This document shows positions 30,414-39,952 of a stretch of DNA of 64,000 nucleotides, piece after piece. Both the position numbers and the translations under genes were made by a program. The first letter of the stretch is position 1; every line of letters begins with the position of its first letter. A model generated the notes under the pieces. It saw only the letters and a program-made list of their open reading frames with translations, was not told the DNA's origin and searched no databases. The stretch is from positions 1 through 64,000 of IMG/VR virus record IMGVR_UViG_3300041402_000314. One strand, 5' to 3'.

Positions 30414-31193
30414 TTAAATGTCTAGTGAGATAGCGACATCGCTATAGAATTTAGCCCATCCACTAAGAAATTCATTTCTTTCTTTCTCACCATTGAATAT
30501 GATGAAGAAGTCAGCGTGTACATCATCTCCCTCTGTATCTTGAGTCATCTTTATTTCGTTTTCTCCATAATTCACGTTTACGGTGATATCAATATCGCCT
30601 ACACTCAGGAATAAATTCTCGTTGTCACCATAGCGAAGATTAGAGAATATATCATTTAGTTTTCTAAAGAACTCTATATTGGTATCATTTATCGGTAAAA
30701 AGTTCCCACCAACAGTTGATACCATGTCAGAACCTACGAATACAGAGACACCGAAGTTAATATAACCATTAGACTTCTCAAAATCCATATTAATATATTC
30801 ATCTCGACCAGCCATTGGAATATTGATAGAAGTGATATCTTCTAATACCTCTTCTTTTAGTTTCCTCAAGAAAGTCATATCAGTTCCACCCGTCTCATGA
30901 ATGACTTTACCTTCTGGTTTATGGTCAGCTAGAAGAAGAGCAGTCAAACCAATTTTCAAGAAAAGATGGTCTCCAACTATAGTACGAATCTTAAGAATGA
31001 AACGGTCTAAACTGGTAAAACTGTTTTTTTCCTCTTTTGTGGTTAGCTTCTTTTTGAGGATTTTTCCTTTCTCGTCAATTATTCCAAGGTCAAAACTTTT
31101 CCATTTTTTGAACGGAGTTATGAACTTTTTGGCAAGATAGAAGACTATTGCTAAATCTGTATATTTTCCTTCTCTAAGTAATTTTTGATTCAT
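30414..31193 (-). CDS. T4-like conserved hypothetical protein, apparently two-domain
   Basis: FYLAKKFITPFKKWKSFDLGIIDEKGKILKK resembles a family conserved in T4-like phages; internal MTFLRKLKEE restart-like motif. Confidence 0.6.
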   Translation of the reverse strand: MNQKLLREGKYTDLAIVFYLAKKFITPFKKWKSFDLGIIDEKGKILKKKLTTKEEKNSFTSLDRFILKIRTIVGDHLFLKIGLTALLLADHKPEGKVIHETGGTDMTFLRKLKEEVLEDITSINIPMAGRDEYINMDFEKSNGYINFGVSVFVGSDMVSTVGGNFLPINDTNIEFFRKLNDIFSNLRYGDNENLFLSVGDIDITVNVNYGENEIKMTQDTEGDDVHADFFIIFNGEKERNEFLSGWAKFYSDVAISLDI

Positions 31194-31196
31194 ATT

Positions 31197-31748
31197 TTAC
31201 CATTTATTAGGGGTATCGTTATGTGCGTTTCCTTTAGAATCTAAACCACCTTTCCACTCGCCTTTCTTCCAGATAGCGAATTTCTCATTCCATGTACCCA
31301 GAACCCAAGTTCCGTTATACCAGACCAATTTATTACCTTTCTTACCGATCACAGCATCTTTGATACCTGCCATTATAACCCAATGCCAATGAGGATTTTT
31401 CTGAATATCTTCTAATTCAAGACCATCCTTTAGCTCACGTATTCCAAGGATACCAAGATTATCATTCTCATTCTGCTCATTCATATAGTCTTTGAAGCTC
31501 ATACTTTCTTTTACTCCTGTAGCTGGTTCAAATGAAATAGTTTTATGGTCATGATCGGCTAACCATTTCTTAGCTTCACTGGCACTGAATTTTTTAGCAT
31601 CGAATCTGATAGCCTGAATTTCAGACTTATTATTCTTTACTCCCCAGATCACATCTATCCCAGAACCGAATTTATCATTCTCTCTTCGGATTCTATCAAA
31701 TTGATCAGGGTCTTTAAGTCTTCCGCTATGTTCATTTGGAAATGGCAT
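31197..31748 (-). CDS. hypothetical virion-associated protein
   Basis: PFPNEHSGRLKDP...IQAIRFDAKKFSASEAKKWL domain, then an internal MSFKDYMNE segment. Confidence 0.55.
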   Translation of the reverse strand: MPFPNEHSGRLKDPDQFDRIRRENDKFGSGIDVIWGVKNNKSEIQAIRFDAKKFSASEAKKWLADHDHKTISFEPATGVKESMSFKDYMNEQNENDNLGILGIRELKDGLELEDIQKNPHWHWVIMAGIKDAVIGKKGNKLVWYNGTWVLGTWNEKFAIWKKGEWKGGLDSKGNAHNDTPNKW

Positions 31749-31754
31749 AATTCT

Positions 31755-32027
31755 CTACATTCCCTTTTCGATAACAGATTTTAAAAGTTTATCTTTAGTA
31801 TCTAAAACAAAGGCTTTTCCTTTATCCTTGATAGTACCCTTTATTTCTTCGGCTCTATTGTATAAATTTATCGTTTTTGAGCCTTCCATTTCTGGAACCG
31901 TATCAATATCTTTCCAACCTTTTATATGATTGAAGAGGTCTTTGATGTTCTTAATATTAAAGGTATATTTATAGGAAAATACAGCTTCCTCGATAACCTG
32001 TTTATCTAAAAAATCTGAAAATTTCAT
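31755..32027 (-). CDS. late hypothetical protein
   Basis: MKFSDFLDKQVIEE N-terminus. Confidence 0.55.
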   Translation of the reverse strand: MKFSDFLDKQVIEEAVFSYKYTFNIKNIKDLFNHIKGWKDIDTVPEMEGSKTINLYNRAEEIKGTIKDKGKAFVLDTKDKLLKSVIEKGM

Positions 32028-32492
32028 TTATTTCACCTTTAAATAGTTGTTAGAGTATTTAATTAGAAAAGGAGAACGATAACCAGACTCCTTCATAAAT
32101 GCCTTTACTTTCTCGTTGTTTATCTTATATCTAGCTCCCTTTTCTCTGTATGTAGATGCCCTGAAATAATCCTCGGATTCAACTTCAAAACAAGGATAGC
32201 CATGCTCATGACTATCGGGACATATTTTACCTTTCTCATCTCTCTTATAAAGAGGAGTATCAGGAATAGCTATATCAGTAGAAAGAGTTCCAGATGATGC
32301 GCTAACTGCCTCTTCTTCTCTTAGAACTTTCGTTTCGAGACTCTTATACAAGGACTCGTCTTTCTGTACCAGAATCCAAGATGTTTCAGATTCATTGACA
32401 ACGTTGTGCTTAAAATCATTGAGCCTAGCCCAATAACATGCAGAATTTCTATCATATTTCTCCTTTGGGAAAATAAGTGACTGAATATCCAT
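32028..32492 (-). CDS. late hypothetical protein
   Basis: IQSLIFPKEKY..W domain similar to 31197..31748; TATAAATA at 32522-32529. Confidence 0.55.
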   Translation of the reverse strand: MDIQSLIFPKEKYDRNSACYWARLNDFKHNVVNESETSWILVQKDESLYKSLETKVLREEEAVSASSGTLSTDIAIPDTPLYKRDEKGKICPDSHEHGYPCFEVESEDYFRASTYREKGARYKINNEKVKAFMKESGYRSPFLIKYSNNYLKVK

Positions 32493-32542
32493 CTGATCTC
32501 CTAAAATATAAATGTTTTAATTATTTATACTTTAGAAATCTT

Positions 32543-32944
32543 TTATAATATAATTAGTTCCTGTCCTCTACGATATTTCTCAAACTCGGATATGGTATGA
32601 TTAGTTCCTTTCGAATTTTTAGAGGTAAGGGCTATAAGAACAGTAGATCGTTTAGCTATTTCCGTGTTCCTATTATAGCATAATATTCCATAATCTCTTT
32701 TGGGATTTCCTGTATCAGGGTCATTTTGTTTATCAGGGTAGAATATGAGAATAGGTATTCCATAAGTACGTGCAATATCTTCAGCGAAACGATCACCACC
32801 TTCGGGGCAACCACCTGACACCAATATCAGATTTCTTTCATGTATATCATAAAAGGAGAATATACGATCTTCTATTAATTTATAATCTTCTTTTGAACAT
32901 CTTTCCCTCGAACCAACTACACCCAGAAAAAATCTTTTAGCCAT
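32543..32944 (-). CDS. SLOG (DprA/YspA-like) family protein
   Basis: GVVGSR, LVSGGCPEGGDRFAE, RNTEIA, SKGTNHTI. Confidence 0.8.
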   Translation of the reverse strand: MAKRFFLGVVGSRERCSKEDYKLIEDRIFSFYDIHERNLILVSGGCPEGGDRFAEDIARTYGIPILIFYPDKQNDPDTGNPKRDYGILCYNRNTEIAKRSTVLIALTSKNSKGTNHTISEFEKYRRGQELIIL

Positions 32945-32964
32945 ACACAAACTCCTCTTTATGA

Positions 32965-33201
32965 TTATTTATACACCTTTCTCTTCACGGTAAATACATT
33001 TGCTGCTTTCAGTGAAATCTCTATTTCACTATCGAGCATTACATCATTATGCTTAACACATCCACCAGAACTGATCTCCAGACCGCCATCAGATTTTTCG
33101 TATATAGTGAATAATACTCTACCATCATCGGCAATAATATCTATTTCCCTAACATCAATTGCATCAAGTACCTTTGTGTTAGATATCGGTTTAATTTTCA
33201 T
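32965..33201 (-). CDS. hypothetical protein
   Basis: AAGGAG RBS. Confidence 0.55.
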   Translation of the reverse strand: MKIKPISNTKVLDAIDVREIDIIADDGRVLFTIYEKSDGGLEISSGGCVKHNDVMLDSEIEISLKAANVFTVKRKVYK

Positions 33202-33342
33202 TTTATACTCCTTTTTGGTTTCATATCGAGGATACTCTTTTTATTCTTTCTCTTAGGATTATTACACATACAACACCAGCCTCTTCATGGAATATAATAG
33301 GCTACATTACCACATTCACAATCATATGTTTTTGTTTTCATT

Positions 33343-33804
33343 TTAGGCCACCGCTGATTGAAGGAAAGCTGCACCTTTAGGAGTGATTGAATAGTAATCA
33401 CCTTTCAATGGTAGCTTTTCTACCAGACCGTTATTAACGAACTTATGGAAAGCCCTTGTAAAGGCTCTGATATGTCCATTTCTTACAGTTAATTTCCTTC
33501 CTAGCTTCTCTTGGAGGCTTTCGACTATGACTTCCAGATCATTCCTTTTGATCTTAGGAGCAGAACCGAGAATCATAAGAGCATAGTAAGGAATCTTATT
33601 CCTCTTAATATAACTCTTCGAGTCTGATAGTTTCGCTATATCAGACATCTTCATATGCTCATAATCATGGAGGTGAATAGTAGGACTGAAAGGTTTAACC
33701 TCTCTCCTAGCTATGATAGTCTCAGGCTTAATTGATCTCTGACTATCATCAGAAGTCCCTATTGAACCATCTCTCTTTCTGAATACATATTCTATAATTT
33801 TCAT
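33343..33804 (-). CDS. hypothetical protein, possible C-terminal winged helix
   Basis: AAGGAG RBS before ATG at 33804; ends FVNNGLVEK...YYSITPKG. Confidence 0.55.
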   Translation of the reverse strand: MKIIEYVFRKRDGSIGTSDDSQRSIKPETIIARREVKPFSPTIHLHDYEHMKMSDIAKLSDSKSYIKRNKIPYYALMILGSAPKIKRNDLEVIVESLQEKLGRKLTVRNGHIRAFTRAFHKFVNNGLVEKLPLKGDYYSITPKGAAFLQSAVA

Positions 33805-33881
33805 TTCGATCTCCTTTATTAATGTTTCCCTCACCTACAACTACATCTTATCAAAAGAGAGATTGTTTGTCAAGAGAAAAA

Positions 33882-34094
33882 TCATTCTTCCTCTATACTT
33901 TCATCAACATCACATTTATTACAATGAAATTTTACCTCTGTACCTCCACTACCCTCTTCTTCTGAAAACCAAGAAAAAACCTCGATTTCTACACTTTCAT
34001 GTCCGCACTTTTTACATTTGATATCGAAGCCTTGGATTTCATGATATGTTGTATCGCCCTCAGTATCTTCTCCGAAATTAATATGGCTTTTCAT
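33882..34094 (-). CDS. small zinc-ribbon protein
   Basis: CKKCG...CNKC. Confidence 0.55.
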   Translation of the reverse strand: MKSHINFGEDTEGDTTYHEIQGFDIKCKKCGHESVEIEVFSWFSEEEGSGGTEVKFHCNKCDVDESIEEE

Positions 34095-34390
34095 TTTTCA
34101 ATCTCCTTTATCATTTTTTCGAATTTATGATAGTTTTCAGTTACCCAGACAAAAGGAGAAACCCAACCAATAACAGGGTTGCCGTCTCTAACTTCTTTAC
34201 AATACGGACTCTCCTTAGTCAGGATATATAATGCTACGCCATGACTAAAAGGTATTCCGTTCCTTTTCCATATTGATTCGTAAGTATAACATTTATCGCC
34301 ATCCGCCACGATTATACCACTAGAATAACTCAAATTCAACTTCTTATAGATAGCAGGTAAATACTTTTCTAACCACTCATAATGATTCAT
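34091..34390 (-). CDS. hypothetical protein
   Basis: 99 aa; GGAG RBS. Confidence 0.6.
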   Translation of the reverse strand: MNHYEWLEKYLPAIYKKLNLSYSSGIIVADGDKCYTYESIWKRNGIPFSHGVALYILTKESPYCKEVRDGNPVIGWVSPFVWVTENYHKFEKMIKEIEK

Positions 34391-34681
34391 TTTATTTCTC
34401 CTAATATATTAGTTCCGATCAGGTCTGCTAATTTCTCTTTGTTCCGACCTATCGGATTTCTCAGAAATTCTCTGATCACTGATTCTAATTCGATGATCTT
34501 TATTTGTTCTTTCTCTCTCAGTCTTTTAGCTAAATCCTTACTTATTTCTCGACATATATCATGATGTTTTTCTGTAATGCTACCCACGCCCTTACAACAC
34601 AAACAAGGATTGTTGGTATTACCAAAAGGCGATACTTTAATACCTTTACATACAGGACAAGTGATCATCTTCAAGTCTCCT

Positions 34682-34984
34682 TTAGTTCTTGAAAAGGGCA
34701 ATAGCACCCGGATTATCCCACTCATATCGTAGACCATTCTTTTCGAGGTAGCTTTCAAGTTTTGGATTAGCCCAAGGATATCCGCCTCTGAATTCTCCAT
34801 AATAATCGATGACCGTAACCTCGAAGTCTTCTGAGCCATCTTCGAGCTGTACGGTTTCTTTAGCATAGGACTCGCTGGTTACTTTAACATAACCATCTAT
34901 CTCAAAACATACTGGATAGTCTTTATGGACAGGCGGAAACATCTTATTGATGTCTTTAATGATGGTAGCGTTTCGTTTCATTAC
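34682..34984 (-). CDS. hypothetical protein
   Basis: GGAG RBS; promoter upstream at ~35025-35050. Confidence 0.55.
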   Translation of the reverse strand, partial: VMKRNATIIKDINKMFPPVHKDYPVCFEIDGYVKVTSESYAKETVQLEDGSEDFEVTVIDYYGEFRGGYPWANPKLESYLEKNGLRYEWDNPGAIALFKN

Positions 34985-35106
34985 AGTCTCCAATTAGTGG
35001 TTAACTCTCACTTACATATACATCGTATCATAGTAGAATATGATTGTCAACAAAAAAAGACCATCCTCGAAAGAATGGTCTTTGATGTTACTCATGTTAT
35101 TATGTT

Positions 35107-35325
35107 TTAATCTATATCCAGATCGTCATCGTCCAGATCGTCAATTTCTTCTTTATCGATATACTTCTGTTTAAGCTTATCAAAAATTTCGATAGCTTCT
35201 TTCATAGCTTCTTTAGTTGTTTCTCCATAGGTTTTTACATTAAAAGTAGCGTCACCTTTCGCTGACATTTTGATCTCTACCGAATTTGAATTTAACGCCT
35301 TTGTGTACTGTACATCTTCACTCAT
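35107..35325 (-). CDS. hypothetical acidic protein
   Basis: 72 aa with Asp-rich tail. Confidence 0.55.
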   Translation of the reverse strand: MSEDVQYTKALNSNSVEIKMSAKGDATFNVKTYGETTKEAMKEAIEIFDKLKQKYIDKEEIDDLDDDDLDID

Positions 35326-35327
35326 AT

Positions 35328-36077
35328 TTAAACTCCTCTCATTTTGATTTTATGTTTCTTTGCTAATGAATATATTACACCACCTATAAATTGAACTGAA
35401 GTAGCTCCAATCCAAGGAAATGTTAAACCTGTTACAACACCAGTCGTAAACAACAGCATTAGTTTTATACCTTCCTTACCAGTAAATATAGATGATAATG
35501 TTACGTTTCCAGCTAAAGCATCTAACATATCAGAGAAATTAAAGTCGTATGTAGGGTCTCCAGTAAAGCTCATATTGAGCCAGATGAAGATTAATATGCT
35601 GGCTACACCTACACCAATAATCCTTTTAGTCTTTGGATGCTTCTTAAGATATTCATCTAGCTTCTTGAACTCTGTTTCAGTCCATTTAGATATGCCTTTC
35701 TTCTCTGCATATTCAGCGATGGTATCAGCTAGTATACTAGCCATTTTAAAGCCCTTCTTAGCGATATCAAATAGCTTTTTCAGATTCCATCCTATTCTTT
35801 GGAAGAACTTAAACACTTCTTTATTCATGAAGAGCTTTACCAGTTCACTCGCTTCTATCTTTAGTTGTGAAGCTAGTTCCCTGATAAAGTCTAGTTTCTT
35901 TCTTATAGAGGCTGATATATCACTAAATACCCCTTCATTTAATCTCTTATATGTCTTACTCTTGACGAATAAAAGAAAGTCGAAATATTCAGTCTCTTCA
36001 ACGATATGTTCTTGTATGATAGGTTGGATATCGGTATAATCGAAATCCGAATATTCGATATGATTCTTTAAAGTCAT
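35328..36077 (-). CDS. hypothetical protein with C-terminal hydrophobic segments
   Basis: 249 aa; GGAG RBS. Confidence 0.6.
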   Translation of the reverse strand: MTLKNHIEYSDFDYTDIQPIIQEHIVEETEYFDFLLFVKSKTYKRLNEGVFSDISASIRKKLDFIRELASQLKIEASELVKLFMNKEVFKFFQRIGWNLKKLFDIAKKGFKMASILADTIAEYAEKKGISKWTETEFKKLDEYLKKHPKTKRIIGVGVASILIFIWLNMSFTGDPTYDFNFSDMLDALAGNVTLSSIFTGKEGIKLMLLFTTGVVTGLTFPWIGATSVQFIGGVIYSLAKKHKIKMRGV

Positions 36078-36087
36078 TTCTTCTCCG

Positions 36088-36591
36088 TTATAAATTATCT
36101 ATTATAATATCCAAAGTATTATCTTTACCTTTCAATCCTTTGAAAAATTTACTATTCAAATACTCATTTTTCATCGTTTCACTTTTTATGATAGCTTCTT
36201 TTTCAAATGGTAAATCTGAGTATTCTTGATAGACTAACTTATTATATTCGGACACGCTGATTATTTCCTTACCTTTCCAAGTTATTTGTTTATAATCATC
36301 AGAAATTCCTAATTCTTTTTTAACTACTTGTTTTACATGTACTAATTCATGTATCAATGCAGAAATATTAAATTTATATCCAGATTTATTATTATAATGA
36401 ACGGTGAAATTGCTGTTATTAATCGAATCTTTATTTAATGAAATATCACCGAAAGTCTTTTTAATCGGTTTAGATTTCAACTTAATTTTAGCCTTAATTT
36501 TAAATTTATCTATACAAAAATCTATCACACTCTGAAAGAGTATTTTTTCAAATGGTTTAATTCCTTCTCTTAAATATTCTTTTAATTGCAT
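36088..36591 (-). CDS. HExxH metalloprotease-like protein
   Basis: ALIHELVHVKQ...LPFEKEA. Confidence 0.7.
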   Translation of the reverse strand: MQLKEYLREGIKPFEKILFQSVIDFCIDKFKIKAKIKLKSKPIKKTFGDISLNKDSINNSNFTVHYNNKSGYKFNISALIHELVHVKQVVKKELGISDDYKQITWKGKEIISVSEYNKLVYQEYSDLPFEKEAIIKSETMKNEYLNSKFFKGLKGKDNTLDIIIDNL

Positions 36592-36602
36592 ATTTACTCC
36601 GT

Positions 36603-37745
36603 TTATTTGATATTGACCAATCTACGACCATGTTCACCACCATCTTTTCTGAAAATAACACATTCCATAGTTCTTGTGGCTCTATATCCAGAACTATATG
36701 TCCATGCATCTTTAGCTGTAATGGCTCTGAATGCCTCGACAATACAGCCCGGATGCTCTTTGACCTCTTTATGATGAATATGACCTGTCCAGAAAGTTCG
36801 GTATGTTGTGTTACCCCATTCACGAGGCTTATCAGTTGCCATGATACCCGGTAATCTATCTGCCTTTAAACCACCATGAGTAATGCCTATAAGATTTTTA
36901 CCGAAAACGTGATAGGCAAAAGACCCAACGGGTAATTCGATTTCAACTCTAGGATTGTTTTCAAAATATGCTTTCATCATCATAGCTAACCACATACTAC
37001 TATGATCGTCATGATTTCCAACACCAGATTTAACAATGACTTTTTCGTGTTTTTCTAACGCTAAATTGATAACATTTCTGTAAGTTCGAACACCAACTTG
37101 AATAATTTTACCCCACCTACCATCAACATCCAAAACATGCCCAGATCGCATAGTTTTATTTTCAGTTGAATCAGTATGGAAAAAATCTGCTAAGTTAGCT
37201 ATCAGACATTCTTTAGTTGCGGGTGCTGAGTCCACTAATTCTTTTATGGAGGAAGTGATAATTTCTTCGCATATTTTCAGGTCATAATCTTTTCCAGTTT
37301 CTTCATGCCATGACAACATACCGAGATGTGCATCAGCAATCGGATACGTAACTAATAAATCGTCTATGGTGTTGTTAGGTTTTTTTATAACAGAGGAAGC
37401 GTTTTTACAAGGCTCTAAAATTCCTTCTACTGCTTCTTTGATTTTATCAAGAAGTTCGGTTTTACTTTTATCGGTCTTGACCCATTGCTGTTTTACATTT
37501 CCTTCGCCATCATAGTTAGTCGAAATTCCTTTTATGAAATGATCGGGAAGAACATCGTTTATCCTTTCCCCTACAACAGGGGAATGTTCGGGACTATATT
37601 TTATTTTATATTTTTTCCTTTCGATAGCTTTTACAGTTCTATCAAAACCATTTTCCGATAATAATTTTTGAATTACACTTCTAGATTTACTAAAATTTCT
37701 TAATAAAATTTCTTCCTCGTCTCTACTCCAAGCATTATTGACCAT
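36603..37745 (-). CDS. calcineurin-like phosphoesterase-fold protein with N-terminal HTH
   Basis: WSRDEEEIL (Myb/HTH-like), ADAHLG, ADFFH, GNHD, THG, GHIHH. Confidence 0.75.
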   Translation of the reverse strand: MVNNAWSRDEEEILLRNFSKSRSVIQKLLSENGFDRTVKAIERKKYKIKYSPEHSPVVGERINDVLPDHFIKGISTNYDGEGNVKQQWVKTDKSKTELLDKIKEAVEGILEPCKNASSVIKKPNNTIDDLLVTYPIADAHLGMLSWHEETGKDYDLKICEEIITSSIKELVDSAPATKECLIANLADFFHTDSTENKTMRSGHVLDVDGRWGKIIQVGVRTYRNVINLALEKHEKVIVKSGVGNHDDHSSMWLAMMMKAYFENNPRVEIELPVGSFAYHVFGKNLIGITHGGLKADRLPGIMATDKPREWGNTTYRTFWTGHIHHKEVKEHPGCIVEAFRAITAKDAWTYSSGYRATRTMECVIFRKDGGEHGRRLVNIK

Positions 37746-37871
37746 ATATCAAACTCCTATTGTTTACTATTTTAAATACTTATACCCAAAAATAAAGGGT
37801 CTCCTACTTAAAGAAGACCCTATTATAACACAAACTTATTTAAAATTGCAAATCAGAGGAAATTTTAACCA

Positions 37872-38279
37872 TTACTTTTTCTTTTTCTTATAAGTATACG
37901 CAGGAGCCTCTTCTACTTCCTCTTCATCATCATCATCGTCTTTCTTTTTATCGATGAAGGGATTTTTCTTTTTCTTCTTACCTTTATCATCATCTTTATC
38001 ATCTTTATCATCTTCATCCGCTTGCTCTTCTACAGAACCGAGAACTTCCTTACCGATCTTGGTATAAGCATCAGAGAGCTTTGCCATGAAATCATTGGCT
38101 TCTTTGCTATCATTGGTAGCAAGACCCTTAAGAAGCTGGAGACCTTTCATCTGCTCTTCATTAGAGCCTTTGAAGTCAGTCTTCATTAAGTCCTGAATGA
38201 TTTTCTTTACATCGAACGCCTCAACCACTAACTCTGTACCGATTATATCTGCTAACTTTTCTAAAATATTTTCTTTCAT
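37872..38279 (-). CDS. acidic late protein, possible prohead core/internal protein
   Basis: MKENILEKL N-terminus; D/E/K-rich tail. Confidence 0.5.
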   Translation of the reverse strand: MKENILEKLADIIGTELVVEAFDVKKIIQDLMKTDFKGSNEEQMKGLQLLKGLATNDSKEANDFMAKLSDAYTKIGKEVLGSVEEQADEDDKDDKDDDKGKKKKKNPFIDKKKDDDDDEEEVEEAPAYTYKKKKK

Positions 38280-38302
38280 ATATCTTCTCCTTTAAAAGTT
38301 TA

Positions 38303-38812
38303 TTATCTTGAACCCGGTCTACGTTTTGTTCTACCGAGTCGTTTACCCTTAAGTCCTTTACCTGTCTTCTGAACTCTCTTGAGTTTCATTTTATTACTTC
38401 TTTTATACTTCTTCTTCCATTGTCTGAGCTTAACCTTATTCTTTCTTCTATAGACCCTAGCCTTTCTTTTCTGTCCAGAGGTCATCTTCTTCAAGAATTT
38501 CTTTTCTTGAAGACTCTCATCTACTTCATCTTCGTCATCATCCTCGATCATATCCATGATTTCATCCAGCTTCTTAGTGCTACTATCATCCAGCTTCTCA
38601 TCATCAATAGAGATAACAAAATCAACTATGGTATCGAAGAGAGTAGTTAATGATTCACTACTCACCTCATCCAGTTTCTCATTATCTATGGATTTTATGA
38701 AGGCAAGCATCTTGTCTAATAGCTGATCTTCGAAATCACTGTCTATGGTATCATCATCTTCAGTTGCTTCTGACATCAGTAAATCCAACTTCTTTATTAA
38801 ATCTTCATTCAT
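38303..38812 (-). CDS. acidic-N/basic-C late protein, possible prohead core (gp68-like)
   Basis: MNEDLIKKLDLLMSE; acidic half, then a K/R-rich C-terminus. Confidence 0.45.
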   Translation of the reverse strand: MNEDLIKKLDLLMSEATEDDDTIDSDFEDQLLDKMLAFIKSIDNEKLDEVSSESLTTLFDTIVDFVISIDDEKLDDSSTKKLDEIMDMIEDDDEDEVDESLQEKKFLKKMTSGQKRKARVYRRKNKVKLRQWKKKYKRSNKMKLKRVQKTGKGLKGKRLGRTKRRPGSR

Positions 38813-38835
38813 ATTCTACTCCTTAATTCTTATCT

Positions 38836-38913
38836 ATTATTACTCTGACTTGACAAACCAATATTGCTTATGGTATAATAAAGACAACTTGGACAGAAAA
38901 GCCAATTAAAATT
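38836..38913 (+). repeat. 78 bp direct repeat copy 1, contains TTGACA-18-TATAAT
   Basis: Identical to 39361-39438 except TG/GT at two adjacent positions. Confidence 0.95.
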
Positions 38914-38926
38914 AGTTATAATTGAT

Positions 38927-39286
38927 TTATACTCTAGCTTTTATTTTAGTATTATCTAGTAAGTCACTGATTTGAATTATCCATAGATCATCTATTTTAT
39001 CTTCATCATAGAAACCATTAATGTCAAATGATTCAGAGATAAAATAGCCTATTAGGTTCTTACCATCATCACTATCATTGTTACGTATTATCTGTTCAAA
39101 GAGAAATGATTCATGAAATGATCTCCTAAGAACAACTATCCTATTGTAAATGGAATGTAGCTTATCTGTATTAGGACGTTTAATATATGAATTAGTTGTC
39201 CTCTTAATACTTCTAAACATCATATAATCTTCCTCAAAATCATCTGCTACCATACTTCTATAATTCATTAAAAATTTATCTTCCAT
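38927..39286 (-). CDS. T4-like conserved hypothetical protein
   Basis: FEEDYMMFRSIKR...YNRIVVLRRSF; GAGG RBS; flanked by the 78 bp repeats. Confidence 0.6.
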   Translation of the reverse strand: MEDKFLMNYRSMVADDFEEDYMMFRSIKRTTNSYIKRPNTDKLHSIYNRIVVLRRSFHESFLFEQIIRNNDSDDGKNLIGYFISESFDINGFYDEDKIDDLWIIQISDLLDNTKIKARV

Positions 39287-39360
39287 ATTCCTCTCGTTTT
39301 CCTATTGACTTAAAATTATGAATGTAATATAATAACAGTTTTAATTATTTATATATCTTG

Positions 39361-39438
39361 ATTATTACTCTGACTTGACAAACCAATATGTCTTATGGTA
39401 TAATAAAGACAACTTGGACAGAAAAGCCAATTAAAATT
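39361..39438 (+). repeat. 78 bp direct repeat copy 2, contains TTGACA-18-TATAAT
   Basis: See copy 1; located at the minus-to-plus strand switch. Confidence 0.95.
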
Positions 39439-39493
39439 GATTAAAACTAATATTAGACTAAAGAATACATACGGTAAATGAGATTACTTTAGT

Positions 39494-39501
39494 TATAAAT
39501 A
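39494..39501 (+). promoter_or_regulatory. T4-type late promoter
   Basis: TATAAATA upstream of uvsY. Confidence 0.7.
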
Positions 39502-39526
39502 CTTATACATGAAATGGAGAGAGTAA

Positions 39527-39952
39527 ATGGCTATTGATGGAATGACTATTGATGAATTTGATGAGAAGGTATGTGAAGAAATTAAATATGATAAGACTGT
39601 AGCTGGATGTATCATAGCTGAAGGTGAACAGATAGATAAGATACAAGGATTTATGAGATTGAAGCATATTGCTCAAGAGGAACTACGTGCAAGGGAATCT
39701 AGGTTAGCTAGAGTATATAAAGAAAGATATAATCATTATAAATTTGATTATGATCGTACTTTAACTGCTGAAGAAATCAAGAGATATGTATCTGGTGATG
39801 ATGCTTATAGAAAAACTAATAAAGCCTGTAATCTAAAGAAATTGGAACTGGAAGCTATAGAAGATGCTATTGCTGGATATAAAGATAGAGGATGGAGAGT
39901 AAAGAATCTAATTGAGTTAATGAAAATGAATATGGAGTACGGAATCTATTGA
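39527..39952 (+). CDS. uvsY: UvsY-like recombination mediator
   Basis: Helical 141 aa; YVSGDD..Y, AIEDAIAGYKDRGWRVKNLIE; directly upstream of uvsW. Confidence 0.75.
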   Translation: MAIDGMTIDEFDEKVCEEIKYDKTVAGCIIAEGEQIDKIQGFMRLKHIAQEELRARESRLARVYKERYNHYKFDYDRTLTAEEIKRYVSGDDAYRKTNKACNLKKLELEAIEDAIAGYKDRGWRVKNLIELMKMNMEYGIY

